55,252 nt of DNA from Perkinsus olseni (GCA_013115125.1 JABANN010000186.1:1-55252), one strand, 5' to 3'. Positions 24,410 through 39,259 are shown, counted from the stretch's first letter. The notes: generated by a model from the letters alone, not told the origin. Translations and numbers: made by a program.

Positions 24410-25089
24410 TTTCAGAGCTTCGCTCCGCTAAAGACGCCGATGATTTTCACAATCAATTCCGCATACAGCAAACGACAGGCCGCAACGACCTAACCCGACA
24501 TGCGTGATACTGATACCGGGTCAGACCAGGCAGACCTATGCAGTGACTAAGCCCGCAGCTATACCCCTATGCTGGCTATCACCCGCCTGGACGAAGAGGT
24601 GCTGCGAGAGAAGAAGATACTGATAGAAGTCTGAATGAGTACAGTCGGTTACCGGATGCTTCTATCACTAGGAGACAGGAGAATTGCGAACCCACACAAT
24701 CACATATTTCCAGAATTACCCTACCACTCTTCCCCCACTACCCTCGATAATGTGAGATACTCGTGCATGTCACCAAATCGCATAGACACAAGGCGAACCG
24801 GCCCGGCGTGTTCACCACCATGGACTGCACTCCATCGCCACATAGGATGGCAGCCGAGGTTGACCCTGGCTGATCACAGCGTGCCTGAAGATTCCATCAT
24901 CAATCTCTGCATCAATCGTTACCAATAAAATTGTCAAACCTGTCTGTCCGCTTGCTAAACGTTTCACTTGTGATTCGCTCAATCTACCATGTCTCGCGTG
25001 TTTAATTACATTTGCACTCAAAACAAGTAGTCACCCATATAGAAAAATTCTCGCGCGCCACGAAATACACTAACCCTCGTCGCGTTAGA

Positions 25090-28000
25090 AGTCCCTGCTT
25101 ACCCCATTCACCCGGACGCCATCCGACCTTCCACAGGGCGAGACAGCAGAAGTCACAGTTTCTCCAGGATACGATACTATCATCAACCTGTCCCGAGACG
25201 GGTCCAGATCAGATCCTCTTATCAGAACCTACTGAGGGAGGAAACTGCCGGTTGTGGTAGGCATCATCAGCAGCCCTAGGCCTTCCTCTTAGCTTAGCAA
25301 GGATAATCCCACCATTACTACCCGGAATGGCTTCCCAACTTCTACCCTCGCCGGGCTGGTTACAGCAGAATCCAGTCGAGCCATCAGACACCTGAACCGG
25401 GAGGAAAAGGATATTCAGCGAGACACGGAGAATTTCGAGCTCAGAGAGAAAGCCACGCTCCCTATAAAAATAAAAAAATTTGGATTTAACTCCGCCGAGG
25501 GTTCGGGAGTTACTTGAAGGAGCTGCATTTTTATGACACCGGGCTCAGCCTGTCAAAAATTCGTGGCCAAACTTTCACTGCATCGAAAGCACCCACACCT
25601 CGCTTAAACCCACTTCACAGGAGACACCGCCGAGGGCTCCCATTTTCGAGACAGGAGGCGACTCTGTTCATTACTCTTGTTCGTTGCACGACACTTCTCC
25701 CTGCAGGTCGGCCGCAGGCGGGCACTCGACGCCGCCGCCGCTAGCCTGACGGATAATTTGCCGTCGCCTGGATAGAACCTGCGCGGGTTAGGCTTCAAGG
25801 TAGAGAAAATATCAACCAGGACGCCTACCCCTCCACCACAACTTCTGCTGCAGCTCCCAACGACTATCCATCCTCCCAGCTCGCAGTCGACCTCCGTCTT
25901 CACATCAACCACACCCACGTGCTTTTGACAGGCACCACCGTTGCTCTCAAAACACCAACAAACCTACCACCACCAAAACCAACACCGATTCGATACCCTC
26001 TAAAACAGCCCACGGCTCAGTAGTAGACGCCATCTTGATCGAAGAAATCAATCTCAAGCCGCCCGGAAACAGGGGCACTCATATTTTCACGAAAAACAAC
26101 TCAATCCAAGATAATCTCGTGGCGCGCGACATTTTTGAATGGAAACGGAATACTCCGTGAATACCATAAATAGCGTGCTACATGACTCTCCCTCACTACC
26201 TGCAATTCCCCCTCCTCCATCACCACAGCAGGGACCTCGAATTCCTGGTAAGTTTCATTAACAACCCTCGGACCATCTCCCAGGCCATCGTAGACAACTT
26301 CCCCACCGCAATCGCCGCCCCTCGTCAATTGGATGCGGTTCCCAGTGGACAGACCGAGGCCTTCGACGACTACTGTGGAGGACTCGCCAGGAACCGCTCT
26401 GGTCCGGTCGAAGAAATTCGCAGAAGCACCGATTGCTCGGATCGAACCCAGGACCTCCCAAAAGGCGCACTCATTACCATCGTTATAGAACCGTTCGCAA
26501 AAACAGGCCGTAAAAACCCCAACCTTTCTGATTGCAATTTGCCTCGTGGGACTCTCAAACTCACAGGATCCAAATGCTCCACTTGCACACTTGACGCCAC
26601 TCACCATTTCCTCAACGCTACTCGAGCAGGACCCTCCACCAACAATCTTCACCGAAGCGTTCGCGTCGTATCCCGCAGCCACCGGCATCACAAACGGTTC
26701 ACCTTCGCGCGCCTCGAAATTATCGCCAATCCCCGAGGGCGCCTCTCCTACAGTCGCCAACAGCCCTCCCCGATCATTCGGTGACACACAGCAGGTAGCG
26801 GAAGTATCCACGCACCACACCCTCACCACCCCGCCCGCCGAGAGTGCTCCTGAATCCAATTTTAAATGAACTTGAGCGCTTCGCTCCGCTAAGATTCGAT
26901 CCGGACGTCGACCGGTACCAACGCAGGTCGGCAAGATACCATAACAGTCCATAACGGCATCCCAAGTAGGAGTATCCGACTGCTCCTCAGAGGTCGCCGC
27001 ACACACAAGATTCCCTCCATCTTCCCCGACCTCCACCACTACCGTCAGGGCGCGCGCGGTTGCAAGCAGTGTCTGAAAAAAATTTTTCAATTTCTCATCC
27101 GGCGGTCCGCTTTCCGAATCACTAGCCGAAAATCGAGCCATGATCAATTCTGCACGAACACGATTTCCGCAAAAAAACCCTATCGGAGATACCGGAAAAT
27201 TATCGGCAGCTAATCTGCCGACCGGTAGAATGCATTGTGAGAATTGCTTCGGAAACCCCGATGGCCAATGCCATTCAAAATTCCAATTTTAACGAAAATA
27301 CATTCCCGAAAGTTGCACAATTTTATCACCACTTAAATTTCTGACAATTTTACCAATTTCCCCCGCCGTCAATCTCCAAAAAACTCAAAAATAATCGCTC
27401 CGCTCCGCTCACCTCATCCAGCCGTATGCTCATGATAGCTCCCCGAACCACAAGTTCTCCAACCGTTTGAACATACTCCTTCCCGGCAAAAGTAGAATGA
27501 CACAAAAATGGCGAACCTCCACCAACCGCCGCGCAATAACAAATTTTAAACCGCCCCGCCGAATCTGTTATCGACCCATCAAATACAAATTTCGCTCGCC
27601 ACAATCGATCAACCGTTTCATCTGATGATATTCTTTCAATACTCTCAGCTCTCGCCGGAGCCATCACTTGTCGAATCTCATCTCCCCCGCACTCCATTTC
27701 GCTCGGAATCGCCACAACTTTATCCGCCACAGAAATTTCCAATCTCGAAACAAGTCCAAATTCGCAAAGTCCAGAACCATGCGAACACTCAATTGCTTCG
27801 CTCCGCCTTATCACTCCCCTCAAAGCCAGCCGACCAGCACTGCTACACTCCTCAGACACTCGGCAATGGCATACCATAACTTCACCAAATGAAGTATCTT
27901 TCACCGAGCCAAGGTCGTAGTGCAAAGATACCGATCCACCTTCGCTAGGTAGTATCCATTCCACCACAGAATTCGAGGAGACACCAACAAAATCAAAATT

Positions 28001-30768
28001 CAAGTCGAATGCCTTCCGGCCAATCGTCTCAGTAGCATTCGGGCAGCCGAGAAAATTCGTAATATTAACAATTTTCAAAGTGTCTCCAAGACTCAGCTCA
28101 ATACCGCTGATTCTCACCTTGCAACGACTGCCAAAGTAACAGAGATGCTGAACGGCCGTACTGTCGCCTCCTGCGGACGCCCCCGCAACCACCAAGTTCC
28201 CCACTTGGTTAGCAAAGTCGGACGGCAAAGCACACACTCCGAAGCCTTGGCAGTAGCACAGTCTCCACTCGCCTGAGAGAGTCCAGAAAATAATTTCGTG
28301 GCGCGCGAACTTGGATATAACAGTGCCATCCGGCCTGTCTAGTTCGACACTGACCACAGAGTGTATTTGTTACTGAAGTTAGTGCGATAGAGTAAATGGA
28401 CGATCACACAGACGAGAGTCGACCAAATGCACGCCTCTCGACGAAACTTGTTCGCAGAGAATTTCGTCGTAGAAATTCTAGTTTTGCTTGGATAAAAGAT
28501 ACGAACATTGAACATCGTCGTCATTGAGATTTCCACTTTTCCTCAACTCACCAGCACTATTAGGCGTCGGCAGGTCATAATACAACTCCGACAAATCAGC
28601 CACCTCTTCCTCAGTCAAGCCACTCTGTTCCGGCGTCAAACTCGCCGCCATCGGACCATCTCGCCAACGGTCGTAATCGTGAGAAGCGAAACCACAGTGG
28701 GAGTTCGTTCCCAGTCGGACCAGCCATATCCTGTCAGTCATCGCCGACAGCCTTCCTCCCGACGATCGCACCGCCACTCGGCAGTCCCCACTCCCGACCA
28801 TACAAAAGACGTCGTTACCAGCAGCCTCCGCTGTCCTCACCGTGGCCGCTAGCGGAGCGAAGCTCGACATGTCCGTACAATTAGCGCCATAACCACACCA
28901 ACACACATTCCACATACCCACCTCCTCGATAACCACTCTCCTATAAACCTCCTGAGTCTCAGTAGAAGCCGCTGCGTCCGGCGCGAAGGCCTTCCCATAG
29001 AAATCCGTCGCGCCGCACTTCGTCGTATTCGGCACCACCATCACCCGATCCCTCAGCGCCGAGAAGACGTTACTGGAGCTGCTCACTACGAGCTCGAATG
29101 GGCGCCTCGCCACCTCCCTCTGAGCGAATTTCGGCACCTCCGGTCCGGCCACGGTCACCAATCCGCAGTCGACAGAAAAATCTTCGACTGTCGAACAGGA
29201 ATGACCGCACCAGCAGACTCTGAATTTTCCCGCGCGCCCAAAAATTATCCCGTCCCAGCTAGCCCAGGAGCCATCCACCGCCACACGATCGTGGCGGCCT
29301 CTAGAATTCCTCACAGTCTCAGGGAACAAAATTACATTCGCCGAGCCGCAACCTTGACTGCTTAGCGGAGCGAAGCGAATCTCGCTTTCAATATTATCGA
29401 ACAGGTTGCCCGTCGCGAGGATGGTGACGCTGGTCGGCAGAGTCACCGACGGACTCCACAGCTGGTTAGGCTGAGGACCGACCACTGTGACGGTGCCGGC
29501 GAAAACGGCAAATTTCGAATACTCAAGACAAGTAGAATACCCACACCAACATAACAGAAAACTTCCCGCCGCTGGGATTCGAACCTGGGACCAGAACTCC
29601 ACCAAGTCGTCACTGCCGACATCCCGCGCCGCCAGATGGACGCTTGTCACGGGCGCGTCACCAGACCCACACCCTCCTCCGCCTTCCGCCAGCACTCTCA
29701 CTCGATCTGTCCCTCTAAGACCCCGGCCATATACAACCAGCGAGCCCGGCACGCCAATCTTCAACCTAATATTATTTTCGCTCGCGTACGGCCCAGCGAC
29801 CATCAGCCGGCCGACTTCCACGTTGAAATCAGCATCAACCATACAACCACTACCGCGGTAGTCACCATCGGCACACCAGCAAATCACAAACTCCCCTGCA
29901 GCAGTCGCCAGGACCCCCTCCCACACCTCTACTGTGGACGTGGACTGACTTGATCGCGCCGAGGCAACAGACACCGATACCGACTGAGACGCCCCCAAGC
30001 CGCAAATTCCGCTGCCGATGAAAATTCTATCACCGTCACGAAGATTCACACCGGTATAGGAGATATCTATCGCCTGGCCGGCGGGAGTTTCATACTGTTG
30101 CCCGACCAATGGCCCCCCTACGGTGACATTAGCAGTCTCGTTGACGGTGGACGAACGCCCGACTGTGAAGGAGAAGTCGCCCCAATCAGCACAGGAAGAG
30201 CGAACGCTAAAGTCGCACGCACAGACTTGATAGGAGGTGGACACATTGAGAGTGATTGGGCCGCAGAAAAGTTTGTCGTGCTGAGAGCCTGGATTGCCAC
30301 AGGGCACCGCAGCCCAACCTGATACGGTGGACGGACTCTGCCAGCCAGAGACCTGATGGACGAGAGGAGAAATCACGCGATTTCCCGCCACAGTAGTTCA
30401 TTTCCGCGCGGCTACCTCAGGCAACTACGTATGATAAAGAGTCATCCATTGATCGCGAATAGCAGCACTATTGACCAAAGTAATCATACCGAAATTCCTG
30501 GCAGCCCTCGTTCACAAGAAGCGATACGACACTGTACGAAATATATGACGTTCAAGATGCTCTCAGTTTCAGGAGGAACACCCATAACAGTGGTGTGAAG
30601 GAAAGCGTCCCTTACAGGAGTGGACAGAAGTCCATTGCCACAACCCCGTCCATATTCTATCAGGACCACCCTATCGTCATACCTCTCGAAGCCAGTCCCG
30701 AAGACTGTGAGGTAGAAGGGTAGACCTACGACAGGCATCACAACATAGTAGATCCCAAGCTTTGACAC
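25090..30768 (-). CDS. Very large multi-exon protein of tandem ~110-aa Cys-containing beta-rich repeats (probably extracellular)
   Basis: Long ORFs 28478-30391, 27350-28357, 26101-27147 and 30484-30768 share a repeating G-x-[FW]-x-[VIL]-C-[WYF]-C ... DF...G.[LV].V.GP signature. Confidence 0.7.
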
Positions 30769-32059
30769 CCAGGGTAGTTAACGTCGCCACGGAGCTACAT
30801 ATAATTTTTAAGATTTATATGATAAATCACGTTGCAGCCAATGAAGTTAGTTTTGTTTCATGAATTCGAGGACCAGTGGAAAATTTGATGAGTTTTTCTT
30901 CGTTCTTTCAGTTCCCTGTCAACCGTTCAGATAGCGACTAGTCAGACTGATGTAGGAAAAAACATTTTCCCTGCTGAAGTGCCTCTGCATGCTTTTTTCG
31001 AGGGGAGGTAGGCTAGAAGCCTGATTTAACCGAATGAGGTGCGAATTTTACCGATGGGAGAGCCCAATTCTGTAAATCGCCTTACCCGCCATTGGAGGGC
31101 TCCAGTCCACTTGGAGGCGATTAACCTCGAAGGCGGTGGTCGCTACGACAGCTGCGACGATGGACAGTACGGTGAGCATCACCAAACGGCTTAGCTGCTG
31201 TAACGCGTCACCAGACGAATCGTCTGAGACGATGCTTCATTGAAAGAGAGATGGTCTACTGTAAGGAGAAAAAGCCCGCATACCAAGACTCAACCTACAA
31301 GATGGAAACTCTCGAGAGCGCTTCCATGCGAAGGAAGAGTGCCAATCGTCTTGGCCCGCCCTGGATCTACCACAGACACCAAGCAAGATTCGCCTTCAGC
31401 CATCTACGGCGACAATGCGTCTAACCTCATAGGAACCTGGTCAATACGATGAAGAGCAGAAGACACGTTTGAGGCGTGCTCCTCGCGAGATTATCCTCAA
31501 TCGACTCGGTTCAATGCTCTATTGGAATTAACGCTCAGAAAATCCGTGATGTTGATTGCACTCAGAATAATGAAAAATCACAAAATTAAATTTTGAAAAT
31601 TCCAGGCAAATTAACTTTCTTTTCCATTTTTATCAGGTAAGTCTCACCTCAAATGTCTTACTGTCCCTGAGAGGCGGGATAACGTCCCATTATAGGAGTC
31701 TCATCCCAAACACGGTGCATACGACACGGAAACAGTACCATAGTATTAAACACAGTCGAGATCTTCACAGTGAATTCTCTCCTGAAAGACTCCTCTGGGT
31801 TTCTGCTCGCCTGCGAGCCCCGCAGTGCGGTAGCTCAACCCAGTGGTCTGCAACGATTGGCCATTGTCGAGTTCCAGCGACCGAAGACAGGGTCAACCCA
31901 TCAAGCTGTCCGAGATCTTGAAATAACAGGCGAGGCTTGCCTGGCAAGCCAACTGCATGACCATTGATGTGAGATGGTTGAAGAGGCGCCCGTTGCAGAT
32001 TATTTCAATCCAGTGCATGTCGCGGGTCCTCTCATAACATCCCGCGCTTCTTGTTACTC

Positions 32060-34990
32060 GTCACCGTTAGCAGCTTGTAACTTCTCCGCAAGTTGCTCCA
32101 GATATTTATAGGCCTTTCTGTTCATATACTGCATTCTGATCAGACAAGTTTTGATACCACTTATCTGCTTCCCTCAGCCAACGCCAGGACCCATGGGTAA
32201 AAATGTTTCTGTGAGGTCAATCGTGATGAAGAACTAGTCGCTGCTCAGGCCTGGGAGTGTCTATTGAGCATTGCCCAACGTTAGAATATATACAGCCATT
32301 TCACGGTTCAAATTCGTGATAGATCGCTCGACTGCCGTGGGGAGGTAACATGCCGAGAGTGAGCCCTTTGCAGAAGGCTGTTGGCATAGTGCAAGCTCAC
32401 GAAGCAGCGATGTCAACCGCAAGATTTGAGAGAAGAGGCCAATGGCCTCAATCCATCCTAGTTACAAGTGACATACTACGGTTAACGCGTAGAAATCACC
32501 CTTCGGAGCGAACAATCGTGGGCATGGAAGTAATGCCAATGCTTGCCGAGTGACTCAAGCCTCTGCTCCCAAGGCGGCTGGCTTTGGATCACTGCGACAT
32601 TCAAATCGGACAATGAAGCTCATTCTCATTTGAAGGAAGTACCTCCTATCGTCGGAGTCCTATGGTCGGAAACTTCCGCCTCTCAAGAGAAGAGTTGAGT
32701 TCCAAGTTGGAAGACGCAGCGTGTTGCACGCTTGGCATTAGTCGCGCGGCACAAATTGATACAGCTTACGGCCGATAGGTAGTACAGAGATACTGACATT
32801 TTGAACCAGAATCTCATGTTGAGAAGGGGCCGCCCCTCAGAGGCGTAATACGGGGAGTGAGATGTACTGCAAAGGTCACTGCAATTTTTTGACTAATTCG
32901 CAATCAAACATCAAACACTCACCCCAGTCTGGGGCTCCCACATACCTGGAAGGCCCGATGGGGGCCTCGAGGCATTCTGAGATCCAGGACAGTACCCTCC
33001 TAGCGCCGTACCTGAGTCGACAACAATACTGCCGCGGTACTACCGTGAATGAGTCATTCATAACATCTTCAAAATCACTCGAGCCACTGATTGACTTCCG
33101 AGTCCAGGTCGTCCTCACAAACCGAGGCTCACGGTTGAAGGAGGTAGGTAGACTTTCAGAACGGTATCTGACACGTTGGATCTTATCAGAGTAGTACGTA
33201 GCTCAATGTCGTTAACACATCGAGTGACACATGACACTTCGGCAATTGCAATGCGAGTCTCGCATATTTGGCACTGTCACTTAGAATACTACTTAACATG
33301 CGAATAACAAAAGCCATGAGCATGCTGTTCTGATGTGGAGACAAGTTAGGCACCCTTACTAAGGGTCCCATGTAGACACAGGCGAATTATACTGCATGGT
33401 GAGCATACTATGGTAACCATAGTATCATATAACCATAGTATGGTTATATGATCGTATATAGTGTGGGGCCCACACAGTGGGTTGGTAAAACACCCCTAGA
33501 AAAGATCATGCTGCCGTCCCGAGGCCGCGGCCGTGACCGTGTCAAATGATATTCGTTGGCAGAGACAGTACTGTTAAAATGTAAGACTCGTGAAGAAGGT
33601 CCAACGGACGAACCCTAACAATAACTCGCAATAATCCCGGATCGCGATTCCAGATCGCACCATCATTCCAGGAGCTTGATTCCGCACGCTGGCCGGGTCG
33701 CTGTCGGAGTACAAGATGATGTCGTCCATGTAGATGTGATACTAGGCACTGGAGACAGACTGGCTGTCTTCCACAGAATTTAGTGGATGGCCATTTCCAG
33801 AGCGCATGGGGTCATTGTAATCCCGTAGATCATTCAGTGGAAGTGGTATAGTCTTGTCGTCGACACGGACACACCGAAGAGCTTTCTGAGTGTGGGCCTG
33901 ATCCGTATGTGCATGAAGGCGTCCGTGATGTCCAAAATGACGAATCAAGCTCTGGCTAGATCTCACCGGATACCGACACACTGAAATAGTACATGCCCGA
34001 GAATTCGGCAGCTCCATTAATTAGAAGTTCGCATTAAGAGTACATTCTCCCAACTAAATGAGTTGGATCGGCGTCTCCGCCCTTCTCAACAGTGCGATTA
34101 TCTCTCACACACAGCACACTGACAGCCAGTGACCAAAACCAGTCACTGACTGGCTTGGAATTGCAAAGTTTGCAATCACCCCTGGCATGAGCCTCGCCAC
34201 CGGGAGGGCATGGTTAGCAGGTACAATTTGTACCGTACACAGGATGGCACTGGTATGTAGCTTAAAATCGAAGACGGCTTGGACGGAGGGCCGAGAGTGA
34301 CTCTCGCCGAGACTGCTCAGCCGCAGACAGTGGCGCCGGAGTGATCCGATAGCGATCTGTCGGGCGTGGCTTCTAGTTGCTTACTGCTAGTCGGTGGCTC
34401 CACCCAGCAGAGTCTTCCGCAACCCTGATACATGCGTCAGGCCAGACACATGTACCGAGAACCCCGACTCGCAAGGAAAAGCTCTCCTCCTTGTCACCAT
34501 ATGGGCGAGAAATGAGCAAGATGACACGAGCCCTGAGGTGTTGTGGCTATACTGTAGCCGTCAGCAGGGAGAGTCATCAGGCGAATCGCTGTTAATAAAG
34601 AGCGAACCTGTAGCTTGCAACAGAGCCCGGGCATCAGAGAATGATACTAGTGCTCAGGTGGAATCGCACTAGTTCGGTACAATCGCGCACTGTCGTTGCA
34701 ATATAATTTACGATCCTACTAGGACTTTCAAAGTACATCATACTAAGGCTGTACGACGGGAATCCCGTCACGGGATCTCGCACACCATGGCTACAACGCC
34801 GCTGCGAAAGAGAGCAAGTGCTGATGTACAAATTAAGGGCAAGGGCCCCTTGCAAAGGGGACATTCAGCTATCTTACCGAAGAGGGCCTCTCCGAGCCTG
34901 TCCGAGAAGCTCTCCAGGAGAGCGCAGTTGTTTCCGACGCTGGATTTTCTCATAACTCAGACGGTTTCCAGCACTGCCGCGAAGGCAACC
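32060..34990 (-). mobile_element. Degenerate LTR retrotransposon (gag-RT-integrase order; Ty3/gypsy or BEL-like)
   Basis: Minus-strand remnants are a CPLCKGP knuckle-like motif (~34850), RT motifs ILDITDAFMHIRIRPTLRKLFG (~33870-33937) and YHIYMDDIILYS (YMDD at 33721-33732), and integrase-like RFWFKM..C..C (~32750-32820) and SMPTIVRSEG (~32500). Stops and frameshifts are frequent, and no LTRs were identified. Confidence 0.8.
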
Positions 34991-36342
34991 TGAACTCCAA
35001 GGGTGGTACTAAGCATGACCTGAGCATCGGCCTTACGCGCTAGCTCACGACTCAGGAGATCACGCTGCCCCTCCCCTTGAGTTGTATATCGGCGGGTCGG
35101 TAGAAAGAGATCATTGGCGTTGGTGGTGAGGTGTATAGCATCTACTAGGGTATTATACTCAAATTTCAGGCATCAATTCGAATCCATGAACGTATTAGAG
35201 GTCGCACACCACTTATGCTGAGAATTTGTAGAGGGTTGTACACAATGAGTCATTGTCAATGACGCGCAAGTATCAGAGTAAGTACATTCTCGGCACCACA
35301 ACTCAATCCTGGTCACAATGCCAGAAACACGAAGTCACCATGTTACTGTTTCGAAGGCCAGCGTCAAGCCCGCCCAGGTTTCCATTCGATTCTTAAACAG
35401 TATGGACAGCAGATATGGCCTCCGTTAGCTACCTGAGTAGGATTAAGCTTGACAAGGCTTGAACGACGAACAGCGCTGAGATTCTCCAGTGGAGTTGGCA
35501 AGTCACAAAAACGGTCGCTCGTACTTGAGCTATCCTTGCTGCGTGAGGTCCGAGGTAGTTCCTATTGAGGATTCCTTTTTGCTGTTTGTGCCCGGTGCCG
35601 AACTCCGTTAAGGTCTCCAAAGTCTGAGAGTAACCTAGTAAACCCGTAGACCGTCCCTCTGGATGTCTTTCCGCCATCCCCCGCACTCACCACCCACGTC
35701 GCCTCGCCCGGCATATGCTTACTAATGAACAATTGCATCACTTCTTTCATCGTAAACTGAGGAAATCACGAGATTATCGAGGAGCTCTCGAGGACGAGCC
35801 TCAAATCAAAAATATGCTTCAGCAAGTGACTAGCTCAGCTTCCTCAGTTCACCATGCGAGCCTCGGCCAAGATGAAGAAATGCTCGTCCCTCAGTACTGG
35901 TTCCCAAGAGAGGCCCTGACCACAAGCCACTCCTATTTTTCTCTACCTTCCGATGGCAGTTGCCGCAATGCAACGTGTGATGAGCTTTCCTCAGTGGGTC
36001 ATCTCCTTTCCGCTCGGTCCTAATTTGGTTGTAGCGAAACAACAGCGGCCTCGCGGCCGCGAACAGTCCTGGACGCGGCACGAAAACCCTGCCGAGCAGT
36101 CGAACCAACTGTGAATAGCTGCCCGGCATGATCGAGCAAACGAACAAACTACACACAAGAGTCACAGTATTAGCCATCTCATCGATCGCCTTCATTCGCC
36201 ACTGAAAGCGATTCACTAGGCGCTCCACAAATTCACGGAAGACCGAACGAGACTCGACGGTTCAAAGAGGATAGAAACCTGCTGTCGGTGCGATGAATAT
36301 GCACAACCGACTGTTGTAAGCAATAGAATATACGTAGAACAC

Positions 36343-39259
36343 TCATTTCTTCTCGTACGATATCGTCTTCCTAGTGGACTTCAGGTGCGACCAGAACGAG
36401 AACTTCTCGACGCTGCAGTGAGATGCGTCATCATCATCAGAAGTGGAACTCTCCTGTTTCGGACTCTGGAAAAATACAAGCAAGAAACTGATCAGACTTC
36501 CGCCGGTGCTCCACGATCGCCTCTGATAGGCCGACACGAAAGACCATATTCTTCAACCTTTTCCAGCTCACCTCATCTCGCCCCAATAAGTCCGGGCGTT
36601 TCTCCCTCAGACGCTTATCAAACTCGTCAGCCATCTCATCCTGCAGCTTCTCATACTCTTGGCAATCGTGCGTATGAAGACCCGATATGCAGTGGGGAGT
36701 TTCTCGGAAGAATCGACGCGCTTTGTGGACGCTCGATTCGGCACAGTAGTTCTGAGTAACTGAAAAGACCCGACAGCACTCCTAGCTCCACCTCCAAAAG
36801 CCAGGTAGCAAAGAACGTCTGAGTTCAACTGCTCAGCTCGCGGATGTTCACAGTTAACATCGAGCGAAAACATCTAACACTGAGCAAGGCCCTTCATAAC
36901 CCACCATGACGAACGCCAAATCGTGCGAGATATGCAAACCCACGATCGATCTCCAGTGAGAGCTTAACATTGTCTCGCACTTTGCCACTCCTGCAAACTC
37001 CGAATTCTTGATACTCAGCAAGCTGAGTCGACGAAAGCAATTGTCAACCCGCTCACCCCGGTAGTACTCGCAATAGTGATATCATTATTCTCGTCATTAT
37101 TAATGACGCAATGCCACCAACCACGGGGAACGAACATGCACTCGCCGGCCTTGCAGGTGCCCTGTAGTAACTTGTCGCCATACAAGGCTTCCGTGTCCTC
37201 GAAGAATCTGTCACATGACGCAAACGATCCGCGGCCGATCATTGAATTCTCCACCAAGCGGAGGCGACACAACACGAGCAGGCATTGACGCTGCTCCCCG
37301 GCGATTTACCAACATCGCAACCGCGGACGGAACTACAGTCACTAATACGGGATCAGCCTGGTCAGTTGAGACCCGTGAGCATACAAATAACCGCTACTCC
37401 CGGAGTCAATGTCTAGACATCATGAAGATGAATGAGAGCTCCCAGCTCACCTCGGCCACCATTCATGGAGAAGCGACACAGGTTGCGTCATGTTTGAGCC
37501 ATCCGCGGAAGGGTATACTCCGACGGGGACGCAGCTTGGGGGTAGCATAAACTGAGAAGCAACACAGTAACACACAGTTACTGCACACAGATCGCAGATC
37601 TGCACAGTAAGCTACGCAGCCTCAGGACGTCTACGATTACACACAGGCCCACGCAGACAAGCACGGATTTCCGGGGCCCAGGAACGAAATCCAGCAGATG
37701 CATCGGGGCTTCAACCATTCCTTCGAGACGGTCGAAGACCATGATCCCTGCCCACCAGTGCCACCCACTCTACTCTCCGGTTCAGCAGTAACGGACCCGA
37801 AGACGCGACTAACGTTCACCCAAAGAGAACTAATTCCCGTGTCAGCAACCACCACGAATAGGAACGACTTTGAACGATATGTCATGAAAAATCCACATCA
37901 TACTCAAGTATCCGCAACATAACAATGAGTGACTATCAACTGGCGTCGTTAAGCAATTAGATGCAACGCGAAGATACACAAACGATCCACCTTACTACCC
38001 ATCGCTTGCTTCCTCGCGCTACCGCATTCCAAGCATGAGTAGCATTCGGATCCACATGCCACTTGGACGCGCCTCCAGGGCCTCCAACCATCAGCCAGGC
38101 ATTCCGCGGCCGATACACAGTCCCGTTCAACAAGTCGTACATGTCGTTCTTGAAGTAACTGAATGCAACGGCTTGCGCATGGCAGCTAGCACTGCTCTCG
38201 AACGAGCACGTGCATCCCACAAGCGAAAGACAGCAGTCAACAGCAACATACTGGTTACACCAGTCTGTTAGCGCAGAAGGAGTCCTTCATGAGAACGAGC
38301 GAGATGCCAGAAATATCACACGTAGAGACTGAAGTATCATTAATCGAACGGCACGCTGCGGAGTTCACGGCACAGCGCTAAGCACCAATTCGAAGCTAGG
38401 CATAACGAAAAAACGGAAAGCAACGCCCTGACCCTGCCCGATACTACTCAAAAACTTCGTAATCTTCAGTCAGTTTCGGACATGTCTCTCGAAATTCGCC
38501 GTCAAATACAAACAGCTGGCCGTCCTCTTTACAGCCCCCATTCTTCCAGTACTGCAACCACTGCCGCATAGTCAAGTCGCCGCTTCCACACAACAACACC
38601 GTATCCCCGCAAGCTTCCATCAGGTACTCATCCGACCTCCACTTCGCCATAGCCGGCCACCCCTTCATTCCACCAGTCATTATCACCGGCCTGCCAGGCC
38701 TCTCGAACCTCCTAACGAAATCATCCACCGACAGATCTGATACATCAACCCTTTCTATATTGGATTTCGAGCTACTGATTTCCGCTGGCATCGGAAGGTT
38801 CCTCAGCAAAAACGGCTGATAAAGCAAATCGCTGAACACCCGACAGTCAAGTCTCGGAGCCATCCGTCCTCCTCTCATTCGATAGTACGTGTCCCTCCAG
38901 TACGCTCCGCCCTCCGCTGGCTCTATTTTCCCGCGATAATTCTCATTTCCGCAGACCAGCTCCTTCCACAATTCGTCCAGACCAGTGTAGGCCAGCATCG
39001 CCCGAGACGTCATTCCAAGAAGCGCGAGAGACTTCCCGTCCAAATGTCGCAGAATCGTCCCAAGCAAGATCTCCTCCCCCAGTACTCTCAATTCTCCCGT
39101 AATTTCACTCCTGGCAGTCGACGATGAGCCCTGACTGTCGAGGTACAGGTTGCCCAGAGGTCGCACACCCAAAGGGTGTGCTGATACGCCCGGGGCCGAC
39201 TCTTTCCGGGCCTTCTTAGTCGGAGGGCATTCGATAACGGATGACGTTTGGGGGGCCAT
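36343..39259 (-). CDS. JmjC domain protein, JMJD6/phosphatidylserine-receptor-like, with an F-box-like N-terminal region; multi-exon
   Basis: FVRRFERPGRPVIMTG..KGWPAMAKW, LFVFDGEF...LTEDYEV, RPRNAWLMVGGPGGASKWHVDPNATHAWNAVARGSKRW (HxD) and GECMFVPRGWWHCVIN (distal His). The 3' exons are approximate. Confidence 0.9.
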
